From NCBI GenBank assembly GCA_038323715.1, contig JBBQHF010000001.1, forward strand, positions 45,549-109,548: a DNA stretch of 64,000 bases. Reading direction: 5' to 3'. The notes below the pieces were generated by a model, which saw nothing but the letters and a program-made list of their open reading frames with translations, searched no databases and was not told where the DNA came from. A program made the position numbers and the translations under genes. Numbering within the stretch: the stretch's first letter is position 1; each line of letters opens with the position of its first letter. Origin of the DNA: Patescibacteria group bacterium. Lineage in GTDB: Bacteria > Patescibacteriota > Patescibacteriia > Patescibacteriales > UBA12465. Positions 1 to 8,779 of this stretch are shown here, in pieces.

Positions 1-41
1 AATTGTTTATCTATTATTATAGGTAATAGTTCGTCAGAATA

Positions 42-64
42 CGCGACTAACGGTCGCGTTTTCT
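42..64 (+). terminator. Rho-independent terminator of a gene lying upstream of the window
   Basis: Perfect 6-bp GC-rich stem cgcgac/gtcgcg with loop taacg, followed by a T-run. GC-rich hairpin in an AT-rich background. Confidence 0.4.
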
Positions 65-106
65 ATTGGCCGGATAACGGTCATTTTTATTTATTTTTAT
101 TAATAT

Positions 107-1891
107 ATGGACATAAGAAACATTGCCATTATTGCTCACGTTGACCACGGAAAAACGACTCTAACCGATTCTTTATTGCGTCAAACTGGAATGGTTACCG
201 ATAGTAGTAGCATGGATAGCAATTCAATAGAACAGGAAAGAGGCATTACTATTTATGCTAAAAACTGTAGCCTTTTTTATAAAGATTCTAAAATTAATAT
301 TGTTGACACTCCGGGCCACGCTGATTTTAGTTCTGAGGTAGAGCGTGTTTTGCGTTCCATAGATTCTGTCTTATTAGTGGTTGATGCTCAAGAGGGACCG
401 ATGCCACAAACTAAATTTGTTTTAAAAAAATCTTTAGAGCTAGGACTTAGGCCGATTGTTGTTATTAATAAAGTTGATAAGCCCGCCGCAAGGCCAGCTG
501 AGGTTGCGGAAATGGTGTATGAGTTATTTTTAGACCTAGGCGCTAGTGATGAGCAATTAGACTTCCCAGTTATATACGCGATTAGTAAGGGCGGAAAAGC
601 TGGTTTAGAAGCTGATAAGTTGGCTGATAACTTAGACCCACTATTAGATTTAATTATAGAAAAGGTCGCTCCGGCGGCTACTTTAGAAATGACAAACTTA
701 CCTCTAACTGCTCAACCTTTTAATTTAGCTTATGATAATTTTTTGGGTCGTTGCGCCGTTGCCCGTATTTATAACGGAAAAGTGAAGACTGGTCAAAATG
801 TATTCATTGAAAACTTAAGTGGAGAAACTCGTTCTGGAAAAATTACTAAATTATTTACTTTCCATGGGTTAATGAGAAAGGAAATTACCGAGGCTACCGC
901 AGGAGACATCGTTTTGATTGCCGGTTTATCCGATATCTATATTGGAGAAACAATTTCTGAAAATGCCAACCAAGAAGCTTTGCCAGCGATTTCTATTGAT
1001 GAACCGACTATTTGTTTAAATTTCTTAATCAATAATTCTCCTTTTGCAGGGCGTGAAGGTAAGTATGTTACTAATCGCCAACTTAAAGAACGTTTAGAAA
1101 AAGAATTAGAAGTTAATGTTGGTTTAAAGATAGATTTTTCTGATACTAATTTTTATAAAGTTTATGGACGCGGTGAACTTCATATCGCAGTTTTATTAGA
1201 AAACATGAGACGTGAAGGATATGAAGTCCAGGTATCTCAACCCCAGGTTATCATTAAAGAGGAAAATGGTAAGAAGATGGAGCCTTACGAAGAGGCTAGT
1301 ATTGATATTCCAGAAGCAGCTGCCGGAGTCGTAATTGAGAAAATGTCCAAGAGAAAGGGGCAAATCACAGATTTAAAGACGCACAATGGTCAAACTAGAA
1401 TTATTTTTTCTATCCCGACCAGAGGCTTGCTTGGTTATCGTGAAGAATTTGTGGTTGATACTAGAGGAGAGGGAATTTTATGCACTCATTTTTTAGGCTT
1501 TCAGGAATGGGCCGGAGACATTGAAAGAAGTGCGCTTGGTTCTATGGTCTCTATGGTTGGCGGTAAGGTACTTGCTTATTCTTTGTGGAGTTTACAAGAA
1601 AGAGGAGTTTTATATATTCAACCAAACATTGAAGTTTATGAAGGAATGGTGTTGGGTAATGTCTCTAAAGGAAATGATTTAGCCGTTAATCCAATTAAGG
1701 GTAAAAAGCTAACTAACGTTAGAGCTTCAGGAACTGACGAAGCAATTAACCTCACTCCACCTTGGGCCTTAAGTTTAGAAAGAGGACTAAGTATTATTAA
1801 TGATGATGAATATTTAGAAGTAACTCCACACAATATCAGATTACGTAAAAAATATTTAACAGAAACGGAGAGAGTCAGAGCAAAAAGATAA
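107..1891 (+). CDS. typA: Translational GTPase TypA/BipA
   Basis: N-terminus IAIIAHVDHGKTTLTD (G1 P-loop) and DTPGHADF (G3). Length of about 594 aa and EF-G-like domain layout are typical of BipA. Confidence 0.85.
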   Translation: MDIRNIAIIAHVDHGKTTLTDSLLRQTGMVTDSSSMDSNSIEQERGITIYAKNCSLFYKDSKINIVDTPGHADFSSEVERVLRSIDSVLLVVDAQEGPMPQTKFVLKKSLELGLRPIVVINKVDKPAARPAEVAEMVYELFLDLGASDEQLDFPVIYAISKGGKAGLEADKLADNLDPLLDLIIEKVAPAATLEMTNLPLTAQPFNLAYDNFLGRCAVARIYNGKVKTGQNVFIENLSGETRSGKITKLFTFHGLMRKEITEATAGDIVLIAGLSDIYIGETISENANQEALPAISIDEPTICLNFLINNSPFAGREGKYVTNRQLKERLEKELEVNVGLKIDFSDTNFYKVYGRGELHIAVLLENMRREGYEVQVSQPQVIIKEENGKKMEPYEEASIDIPEAAAGVVIEKMSKRKGQITDLKTHNGQTRIIFSIPTRGLLGYREEFVVDTRGEGILCTHFLGFQEWAGDIERSALGSMVSMVGGKVLAYSLWSLQERGVLYIQPNIEVYEGMVLGNVSKGNDLAVNPIKGKKLTNVRASGTDEAINLTPPWALSLERGLSIINDDEYLEVTPHNIRLRKKYLTETERVRAKR

Positions 1892-1919
1892 TTTTTAAGT
1901 CAAGCAATAAAAAAAGGGG

Positions 1920-2552
1920 CTAAGGCCTCTTTTTTGTTTTTATTCTTATTGGGGCGAAAGAAAAGCGGTGAATGGCACAGGGTCCGTATTCTTTAATTTT
2001 TTCTAGATGATCTTTAGTGCCATAGCCTTTATGTTTGGCGAATAAATATTGAGGATAGGTTTTATCAAATTCACTCATCATCCAGTCTCGACTCACTTTA
2101 GCAATTATAGAGGCAGCGGCTATTACCCAGACTTTCGTGTCCCCCTTTATGATAGCCGTTTGCGGTGTATCAAGTTTTGGTATCTTAAAGCCGCCATCTA
2201 CGAGAATATAATCAGGCTGAATCTTTAGTTTTTTGATAGCCCTTCTCATCGCCAGAAAGCTAGCCTGTAAAATGTTTATTTTATCAATATCTTCATTATT
2301 CACAATTCCGATTTCAACCGCCAAGGCTTTTTCCCTGATGGCTTTAAATATCTTTTCTCTATTTTTGGCCGATAATTTTTTAGAATCAGCCACTAATTCT
2401 AAATCTCCAGGCTCTATTTCAAAGTCAGGCCCGATAACAACGCAGGCGGCCACTACGGGGCCAGCCAAAGGCCCTCGTCCGGCTTCATCAACCCCGCCGA
2501 TTAATTTGTAATTTAACTCAAAAAATTTTTTCTCTGTTTCTAAATTTAACAT
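1920..2552 (-). CDS. rnhB: Ribonuclease HII
   Basis: Motif GVDEAGRGPLAGPVV near the N-terminus and an RNase HII-sized 210 aa product. Confidence 0.85.
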   Translation of the reverse strand: MLNLETEKKFFELNYKLIGGVDEAGRGPLAGPVVAACVVIGPDFEIEPGDLELVADSKKLSAKNREKIFKAIREKALAVEIGIVNNEDIDKINILQASFLAMRRAIKKLKIQPDYILVDGGFKIPKLDTPQTAIIKGDTKVWVIAAASIIAKVSRDWMMSEFDKTYPQYLFAKHKGYGTKDHLEKIKEYGPCAIHRFSFAPIRIKTKKRP

Positions 2553-2634
2553 ATGAAATATTATACCATATTTGGCTTATTTTAGGTATTATTTACTAAA
2601 TATGGCAGTAATACCATAAAATGCCTTTTTGCTA

Positions 2635-2663
2635 TTGACATATATTTTTATTTGTATTATAAT
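2635..2663 (+). promoter_or_regulatory. Consensus sigma70-type promoter (TTGACA-17-TATAAT)
   Basis: TTGACA at 2635-2640, a 17-nt spacer, and TATAAT at 2658-2663. Confidence 0.5.
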
Positions 2664-2669
2664 TATTTA

Positions 2670-2816
2670 GCGATTAGTTGTGCTTTGTGTTCATTAGAGG
2701 TAAGTTAGTCTATCTACGAGAGGGACTTAAAGTTTAAGATGATTGACTTACGGGGACGATGTCCCCAACTTGTTTAGGGTTAAGGATGTTTTTTACGTTC
2801 TTAACCCTTTTTTATT
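2670..2816 (+). ncRNA. Candidate structured small RNA or riboswitch-like 5' leader of unknown class (about 147 nt)
   Basis: Lies between a consensus promoter and a strong intrinsic terminator and holds no ORF. Contains an internal hairpin ggggac-gat-gtcccc (2752-2766). Ends 53 nt before the start codon of the 2869 gene. Confidence 0.3.
2776..2816 (+). terminator. Rho-independent terminator
   Basis: A 9-bp stem agggttaag/cttaaccct (2776-2784 / 2800-2808) followed by tttttt. Confidence 0.65.
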
Positions 2817-2868
2817 GACTTTATGAAATAAAAATGTTAATAAGTAATCAGTACCAAAACAATTTATC

Positions 2869-3321
2869 ATGGGAAAACAAGAGTATGTTTATGTTTTTCA
2901 AGCCGGAAAGCATAAAGGCGAATTATTGCACGAGGTTTTTTTAAAAGACCCAATCTTTATTGCTGGACTCTACCAAAATTCTTTTAGCGATAAGTTCGCT
3001 ATTAAGAATAAAAACAAATTGCAATTAGCAATGGAGAATCTTCTACAAAAAATTAAGGAGATTGATGCGACCAGAGAATGCCCTTATTGTCGGCGGAGAA
3101 AGGTGGAATATTTCCTTTTTCCCGATTTTGGTTCTATTGACAATAATTTTTGCTGTAGCAATGAAGTCTGCCGGGAAGAGCTAAAATCAGCTCGATCGGG
3201 AGACTTACATTTAATTAGCGATTTTATGTTGTTAATAAGTTTTGTGCCAAAACAGCAGGCACAAAAAATTTTTTCTATCTTCAAGAGAACTCATAAACAT
3301 TACGCCGAAGTATTTAACTAA
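2869..3321 (+). CDS. Hypothetical small protein with a CxxC...C...C zinc-ribbon-like motif
   Basis: ORF of 150 aa. CPYCRRRK ... CCSNEVC cysteine cluster. No family recognised. Confidence 0.45.
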   Translation: MGKQEYVYVFQAGKHKGELLHEVFLKDPIFIAGLYQNSFSDKFAIKNKNKLQLAMENLLQKIKEIDATRECPYCRRRKVEYFLFPDFGSIDNNFCCSNEVCREELKSARSGDLHLISDFMLLISFVPKQQAQKIFSIFKRTHKHYAEVFN

Positions 3322-3363
3322 TCCCCCTTGGTTAAGCTCGGTATTTTGAATTAAACAGTGCCA

Positions 3364-3395
3364 AGCTCGTTTCCTTTTGGAGACGGGCTTTTTTC
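3364..3395 (+). terminator. Rho-independent terminator
   Basis: An 11-bp stem agcucguuucc/ggagacgggcu containing two G-U wobbles, a uuuu loop, then a T-run. Confidence 0.6.
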
Positions 3396-3478
3396 TGGGT
3401 TAATTTTAAAATTTAGTGATTATTTATGCATTATATGTTAAAATATATAAGTAAAAATTAATTTTAAAAGATAATTAT

Positions 3479-4009
3479 ATGAAAAAAGAACATTATTTAT
3501 TTATCATTTTTTTAGTCATTGTTGTATCGGCAGTCATTTTACGTTTAACATCTTTCGGTAATAAAAAAATAATTGAAAAACCAGTAATTAACAATAATGT
3601 AAGCGAGGCTAGTACTAGCCCGATTAGCGTTGATGCGGCCACTAACACAACCGCGACTCCTACTCCCGTAAATGATGCCACCCTTGTAGTTTTTGAGGTC
3701 CAATTATTGAATCCGATTCCGAGTCAAATTATTAGCTCGCCTTTAGAAGTTGAAGGACGGGCTTTAGGGGGCTGGTTTTTTGAGGCAACTTTACCTATTA
3801 AATTAATTTCTGAAAATGGTGATTTAATTACCCAGGGTTATGGTCAGGCACAGAGCGATTGGATGACTAGTGATTTTGTAGATTTTAAATCAACTTTAGA
3901 GTTTACCACTACCTCAACGAGCGGCTATTTAATTATTTCTAAAGACAACCCCTCTGGTTTGCCCGAGAATGATAATTCGGTAGCCTTCCCAGTTTTATTT
4001 AGCAACTAA
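3479..4009 (+). CDS. Membrane-anchored secreted protein with a C-terminal Gmad2-like Ig-fold domain (hypothetical)
   Basis: N-terminal TM/signal anchor, a Thr/Pro-rich linker, and a C-terminal region (LEVEGRALGGWFFEA...) resembling the GerM/Gmad2 Ig-like domain. Confidence 0.4.
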   Translation: MKKEHYLFIIFLVIVVSAVILRLTSFGNKKIIEKPVINNNVSEASTSPISVDAATNTTATPTPVNDATLVVFEVQLLNPIPSQIISSPLEVEGRALGGWFFEATLPIKLISENGDLITQGYGQAQSDWMTSDFVDFKSTLEFTTTSTSGYLIISKDNPSGLPENDNSVAFPVLFSN

Positions 4010-4012
4010 TAT

Positions 4013-5431
4013 ATGATTAAACTTTATTTATATAACACCCTTAATCGTAAAAAGGAGATATTTAAATCAATAAATAATAAATTGGTTGGTTTATATACTT
4101 GCGGGCCGACTGTTTATAATTTTGCGCATATTGGTAATTTGCGTTCTTATTTGTTTGAAGACTTTTTAAAAAGAACTCTAGAATATAATGGTTATCAGGT
4201 TAAACATATAATGAATATTACCGATGTTGGGCACTTAACTGGCGACATGGATATGGGAGAGGATAAAATGGAGAAGGGGGCGAAACGTGAGGGTCGGAGC
4301 GCTTGGGAAATTGCTGATTTATATACTCAAGCTTTTAAAATAGATTTACAGGCTTTAAATATTGAATCTCCAACCAAGTGGTGCAAGGTTACTGACAATA
4401 TTCCCGAACAAATTGCTTTGATAAAAAAATTAGAGAAAAAAGGATTTACTTATAAGACAAGCGACGGAGTATATTTTAATACGGCAAAAGTTAAAACTTA
4501 TAATAAATTAAGTCATTTATCTCTAGATACGCTCAAGGAGGGCGCGCGCGTAGAAAAAAATCCTGAAAAGCAAAATGCCACTGATTTTGCTCTTTGGAAA
4601 TTTTCTCCAGTTGGCACAAGGAGACAGATGGAATGGGATTCGCCTTGGGGGGTTGGCTTTCCTGGATGGCATATAGAATGCTCGGCAATTAGTTTAAAAT
4701 ATTTATCTAAAAATTTAGATATTCATTGCGGCGGGGCTGATCATATTAATGTTCATCATACTAATGAGATTGCTCAGTCAGAAGCGGCCACTGGCCATCA
4801 GTTTTTTAATTACTGGCTTCATGGGGCCTTTCTTAATATTAAAGGAGGGAAGAAAATGGCTAAGAGCGAAGATGGTTTTTTAACTTTGAATAGAGCGCTG
4901 ATTGATAAGAGCCTGAGCCCGCTTGTTTATCGTTTTGCTGCTTGCCAGGTCCATTATCGTAAGCCAATGGAATATAGTGATGATAATTTAAAACAAGCCC
5001 AGCAAGGCCTTAATCGGTTGTGGGAACAGGTTGCGCTACTTGGAGATAAAAAGGGTAAGGTTAATAAAATTTTTAAGGATAAATTTTTGCTTGCCATAAA
5101 TGATGATTTAAATATGCCCAAGGCTTTAGCAGTTTTAGCCTCAGTCTTTAAATCAAAAATGACATTGGGAGATAAGTTGGCAACTGTTTTGGATTTTGAT
5201 AAAGTTCTCGGGTTAGGCTTTGATAAGAAACATTATTTTATAAAAGTGGAGACTGGAAAATTTGCCTTAAAAGGTTTGGGCGTTGATATGGTTCTTGAAT
5301 CATTAAAAAAACGAGAAATTGCTAGAAAAAATAAAGATTGGGTTTTAGCTGATAAATTACGTTTAGAAATTGAAGCGGCGGGATATTTAATTGAAGACAC
5401 GGCCGCTGGTTCAAAGATAAAGAAAATATAA
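4013..5431 (+). CDS. cysS: Cysteinyl-tRNA synthetase
   Basis: Class I motifs CGPTVYNFAHIGN (HIGH) and KMAKS (KMSKS). Cys-tRNA-synthetase-typical WHIECS zinc-site region. Confidence 0.9.
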   Translation: MIKLYLYNTLNRKKEIFKSINNKLVGLYTCGPTVYNFAHIGNLRSYLFEDFLKRTLEYNGYQVKHIMNITDVGHLTGDMDMGEDKMEKGAKREGRSAWEIADLYTQAFKIDLQALNIESPTKWCKVTDNIPEQIALIKKLEKKGFTYKTSDGVYFNTAKVKTYNKLSHLSLDTLKEGARVEKNPEKQNATDFALWKFSPVGTRRQMEWDSPWGVGFPGWHIECSAISLKYLSKNLDIHCGGADHINVHHTNEIAQSEAATGHQFFNYWLHGAFLNIKGGKKMAKSEDGFLTLNRALIDKSLSPLVYRFAACQVHYRKPMEYSDDNLKQAQQGLNRLWEQVALLGDKKGKVNKIFKDKFLLAINDDLNMPKALAVLASVFKSKMTLGDKLATVLDFDKVLGLGFDKKHYFIKVETGKFALKGLGVDMVLESLKKREIARKNKDWVLADKLRLEIEAAGYLIEDTAAGSKIKKI

Positions 5432-5433
5432 CA

Positions 5434-6432
5434 ATGAGGGAAAATAATTTTTGGAAAAAATTAAAGAAATCTGGTAAACCTATTTTGGCTTTGGCACCAA
5501 TGGCCGGATTTACTGATTCAATTTTCCGTCGTATATGTAAAAAATATGGGGCGGATGTTGTGTATAGTGAAATGGCTTCCGCTACCGCATTATATTACGG
5601 CTCACAGGCAAAAAATAAGCCTCAACGTATAGGAGGCGAAAATGCAACCTTGCGACTTCTTAAATTTAATAGTCGTCTGGAAAAGTATTACGTTGTTCAG
5701 TTGTTTGGTTCTGACCCGGAGCATTTTGCGGTGGCTACTCGTATTATAACTGAAAAAGTAAAACCGGATGGAATTGATATTAACTTTGGTTGCCCCGTGA
5801 GTAAAATTGTAAAACAGGGTGCGGGCGCTGATTTAATGAAAGATTTAACTCGGGCTCGAGAAGTAATTAAGGCTGTATTAGATTCCACAAATCTCCCGGT
5901 TTCAATCAAGATAAGAGCTAAGTCGGGTGAGGTGGATGCCCTAACATTTTTAAAAAACATTTCCGATTTACCGATATCGGCCGTGATGATACATGGGAGA
6001 ACACTGAGCCAGGGATTCGCTGGTGGTCCCGACTTTGAGTTAATAAGAGCAGCGCGTCAATATTTCCCGGGAGTGATTTTGGCTAATGGTGGAATAAATA
6101 ATTTGGAAGAAGCGAGACAAATGCTGGATAAGACTGGCGCTGATGGTTTAGGTTTAGCGCGTGGTATCCTGGGTCGTCCTTGGTTATTTAAAGAAATAAA
6201 AAATAACAGGCAAATAGATTTCACTTTGAAACAGATTCTAAAATTAATGCTGGAGCAGGCGATAATGACTAAAAAAATAAAAAATGAAAACGCCTTAGTA
6301 GATTTGCGCAAACATTTAGTTTGGTATGTGCAAGGTTTGACGGGTGCCGCCAAATTAAGAGAAAGGCTTGTGACTATTAGTACGGTGAAAGAAATAAAAA
6401 ATATTATCAAAGATTATCAGACAAAAATATGA
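5434..6432 (+). CDS. tRNA-dihydrouridine synthase
   Basis: LAPMAGFTDSIFRRICKKYGADVVYSEM and the FMN-binding TIM-barrel motifs of the Dus family. Confidence 0.8.
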   Translation: MRENNFWKKLKKSGKPILALAPMAGFTDSIFRRICKKYGADVVYSEMASATALYYGSQAKNKPQRIGGENATLRLLKFNSRLEKYYVVQLFGSDPEHFAVATRIITEKVKPDGIDINFGCPVSKIVKQGAGADLMKDLTRAREVIKAVLDSTNLPVSIKIRAKSGEVDALTFLKNISDLPISAVMIHGRTLSQGFAGGPDFELIRAARQYFPGVILANGGINNLEEARQMLDKTGADGLGLARGILGRPWLFKEIKNNRQIDFTLKQILKLMLEQAIMTKKIKNENALVDLRKHLVWYVQGLTGAAKLRERLVTISTVKEIKNIIKDYQTKI

Positions 6433-6809
6433 TCTTACTTATTAATACCGCTTCAAATAAGGAAATTGTTATTGGCCTTCAGAACGCGAAAGGAAAAATT
6501 ATAATAAAAAAAATCAAAGTAGATAGAAATCAATCAGAAAAATTATTATCAGCGATTAATAAACTGCTCATAAAAGAAAAAATCAAATTAAATAATTTGA
6601 AAAAAATAATTGTGAACAATCAGGGTGGTAGTTTTACTTCTTTACGAATTGGGGTCGTAACGGCTAACGCCCTAGCTTATGCTTTGGGCATTCCGATTGA
6701 ATCGGAAAATGGTAAAAAAACTAAAAAAATATTTTCTGGATACTCTATTATAGAGCCCATATATGACACTGCCCCTAATATTGGTAAGGCAAAAATGCCT
6801 GTGCACTAG
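6429..6809 (+). CDS. tsaB: Truncated TsaB/YeaZ-like protein (N-terminal half only)
   Basis: ILLINTAS...GGSFTSLRIGVVTANALAYALGIP matches the N-terminal actin-like fold of TsaB (GPGSFTGLRIG motif) but the product is only 126 aa. Overlaps the dus stop by 4 nt (ATGA). Confidence 0.45.
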   Translation: MILLINTASNKEIVIGLQNAKGKIIIKKIKVDRNQSEKLLSAINKLLIKEKIKLNNLKKIIVNNQGGSFTSLRIGVVTANALAYALGIPIESENGKKTKKIFSGYSIIEPIYDTAPNIGKAKMPVH

Positions 6810-6920
6810 TTGTTGAAAACTTTTTACAAATTTGGCAAAAAATATTATATAAAAAAAGCTACTTGTTGATAAGTAGTTTTTTTTGTAGCTTTTTCTCTTA
6901 TTTTACATTAAATAAAGGTG

Positions 6921-6949
6921 TTGACCGTAGGGGGTTGGTGGTGTATAAT
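6921..6949 (+). promoter_or_regulatory. Consensus sigma70-type promoter upstream of mraZ (TTGACC-17-TATAAT)
   Basis: TTGACC at 6921-6926, a 17-nt spacer, and TATAAT at 6944-6949. Confidence 0.55.
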
Positions 6950-7016
6950 TAAACTTGTAAGGTGAATTGTGGGGAAGATAGGTGATTCTTTCGGAATTAG
7001 CTCTCCCCTTAATCCT

Positions 7017-7448
7017 ATGTTTATCGGAGAATACAATCATAATCTTGACGAAAAAGGACGCTTAGCGGTACCAGTAAAATTTCGTGCGATTTTGAAAAAG
7101 GGAGCAGTTGCTACCAAGGGATTGGATAACTGTCTTTTTGTATATTCTAAGGAACAGTTTGAAATCATTGCTAAAAAATTTGCCGCCTTACCTCTGAGTC
7201 AATCTAAGGCTAGAGCCTTTGCTAGACACATGTTAGCTGGGGCGATGGAGGTTGAATTCGATAATCAGGGAAGAATAACTTTACCAGAGTATCTGAGAAA
7301 ATTTTCCAGCTTGAAGAAAAAAGTAATTATTGCTGGCTTGTATAACCATTTAGAAATTTGGGATGAAGGCGCTTGGAATAAATATAAACTAGAGTCGGAA
7401 AAGAATAGTAATGCTATCGCGGAGGAACTGGGAGATTTAGGAATTTAA
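7017..7448 (+). CDS. mraZ: Transcriptional regulator MraZ
   Basis: MFIGEYNHNLDEKGRLAVPVKFR and a second GRITLP repeat (duplicated MraZ/SpoVT-AbrB fold). The ORF track extends to a GTG at 6969, but the ATG at 7017 gives the canonical N-terminus. Confidence 0.8.
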   Translation: MFIGEYNHNLDEKGRLAVPVKFRAILKKGAVATKGLDNCLFVYSKEQFEIIAKKFAALPLSQSKARAFARHMLAGAMEVEFDNQGRITLPEYLRKFSSLKKKVIIAGLYNHLEIWDEGAWNKYKLESEKNSNAIAEELGDLGI

Positions 7449-7449
7449 T

Positions 7450-8337
7450 ATGGAATTCAAGCATATCCCAGTAATGCTGGATGAAGTACTGGAATCTTTA
7501 AAGCCTGAGCCGGGAGAAATTTTTATAGATTGTACTCTCGGTGGCGCGGGTTATACCATGGCGATTGCCGATGCTGTCGGAGCCAAAGGCCAAGTGTTGG
7601 GAATCGATCTTGATAAGAATGCGCTGAATCACGCTAATAAAAAAATTAAAGAAAGGAAATTTAAAAATATACAGTTAGTGCAGGGTAATTTTAAAAATTT
7701 ACAAAGTATTGCCGCTAAGGCTTTTGGAGAAAAACAAAAGGTTGATGGGATTGTCTTTGATTTAGGGCTTTCCTCTTTCCAACTTGATGATGAGACTCGC
7801 GGATTTTCTTTTAAGGGAGAAAGACCACTAGATATGTCGTTTGGCCCGGAGATTGAAGAAACTACCGTTGATATTATAAATAATTACTCTTTGTTAGAGC
7901 TTACTAGAATATTTAGAGAATATGGCGAAGAGCAGCGTGCTTATCAGATTGCTAAAGCGATTGTTGAATCAAGAAAGATAAACAAAATTGAAAAAAATTC
8001 AGATTTAGTGAAAATAATAGAAGCTAAAGTCCCAATCCGTTTTAGAACAAAAATCCATCCCGCCACTAGAATATTTCAGGCCTTGCGCATGGAAACTAAC
8101 GGTGAATTAAAAAATTTAGCTAGCGCTTTACCCCAAGCAAAAAATCTTTTAAAACCTGGAGGTCGGTTGGTACTGGTATCTTTTCATAGCGGCGAGGACA
8201 GGATAGTAAAATGGTTTTTAAGAAATGATAATGATTTTGAAATCATAACCAAGCGGCCGCTTATCCCGTGTGCTCAAGAAGCAGCTGAGAATCCTAGGGC
8301 GCGCAGTGCTAAATTACGATTTGCCAAAAAAATATAA
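7450..8337 (+). CDS. rsmH: 16S rRNA (cytosine1402-N4)-methyltransferase RsmH
   Basis: HIPVMLDEVLESL...FIDCTLGGAGYT and FHSGEDR motifs. Sits immediately after mraZ. Confidence 0.9.
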   Translation: MEFKHIPVMLDEVLESLKPEPGEIFIDCTLGGAGYTMAIADAVGAKGQVLGIDLDKNALNHANKKIKERKFKNIQLVQGNFKNLQSIAAKAFGEKQKVDGIVFDLGLSSFQLDDETRGFSFKGERPLDMSFGPEIEETTVDIINNYSLLELTRIFREYGEEQRAYQIAKAIVESRKINKIEKNSDLVKIIEAKVPIRFRTKIHPATRIFQALRMETNGELKNLASALPQAKNLLKPGGRLVLVSFHSGEDRIVKWFLRNDNDFEIITKRPLIPCAQEAAENPRARSAKLRFAKKI

Positions 8338-8412
8338 GTTTATTTTACAGAATTACGGTCAAATTAAAATTCAATAATTTTTAAATTATTTATATCTTAG
8401 TTAAGAAGTCTT

Positions 8413-8754
8413 ATGACCAAGATCGTCAATTGCTATAATTCGCAATTAAAACCAAAAACAGAAAAAAAATCTTTGAATCTGAAGATTGTTAACACTTTTC
8501 TTTGTTTGGGGGTTTTTGCTTTAGGGTTTGCTTATTTGATAGGAATTAGCGATCTAACCGTCAAAGGGTTTGTTTTACAAGAACTCAAAGGACAAGCCTC
8601 TAGTTTAGTGGCTGAGAAATTGGATAATGAGCAAAAAGTTGATGCTTTGCAATCATATTATGCTTTGAATTCCAGGGCGCAGAATTTGGACATGGTTCTA
8701 ATTAGTGATATTGAATATTTATCTCTTGGAGGCCACGTAGTTGCTAAGAAATAA
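8413..8754 (+). CDS. FtsL/DivIC-like bitopic cell-division protein (putative)
   Basis: A 113-aa protein with one TM helix then a coiled-coil-like segment. It sits at the canonical ftsL slot between rsmH and ftsI. Confidence 0.4.
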   Translation: MTKIVNCYNSQLKPKTEKKSLNLKIVNTFLCLGVFALGFAYLIGISDLTVKGFVLQELKGQASSLVAEKLDNEQKVDALQSYYALNSRAQNLDMVLISDIEYLSLGGHVVAKK

Positions 8755-8779
8755 CACCTTATAAACTCTATCAGTTTTT

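Noticed and set aside
1636-1833. Short antisense ORFs in the six-frame track (for example 1636-1833, 2233-2511, 3084-3284, 5697-5960, 9538-10267, 19075-19440, 52791-53174, 59763-60248, 63122-63586 and similar)
   Set aside because: All lie fully inside well-supported genes on the opposite strand or in another frame. They have low-complexity composition and no motifs, so I treated them as chance ORFs in AT-rich DNA.
1908-1940. Possible bidirectional terminator hairpin between typA and rnhB
   Set aside because: The stem is short and G-U dependent and it overlaps the 3' end of the rnhB coding sequence, so I did not call it.
3334-3369. Direct repeat aagctcg...aagctcg in the 3322-3478 intergenic region, considered as a possible tRNA-like or repeat element
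   Set aside because: It does not fold into a cloverleaf and has no T-loop/GTTC signature. The second copy forms the ascending arm of an ordinary intrinsic terminator.
6969-7016. GTG-extended start for mraZ given by the ORF track
   Set aside because: The ATG at 7017 gives the canonical MraZ N-terminus (MFIGEYNHNLDEKGRLAVP). The extension would also overlap the predicted promoter/TSS.
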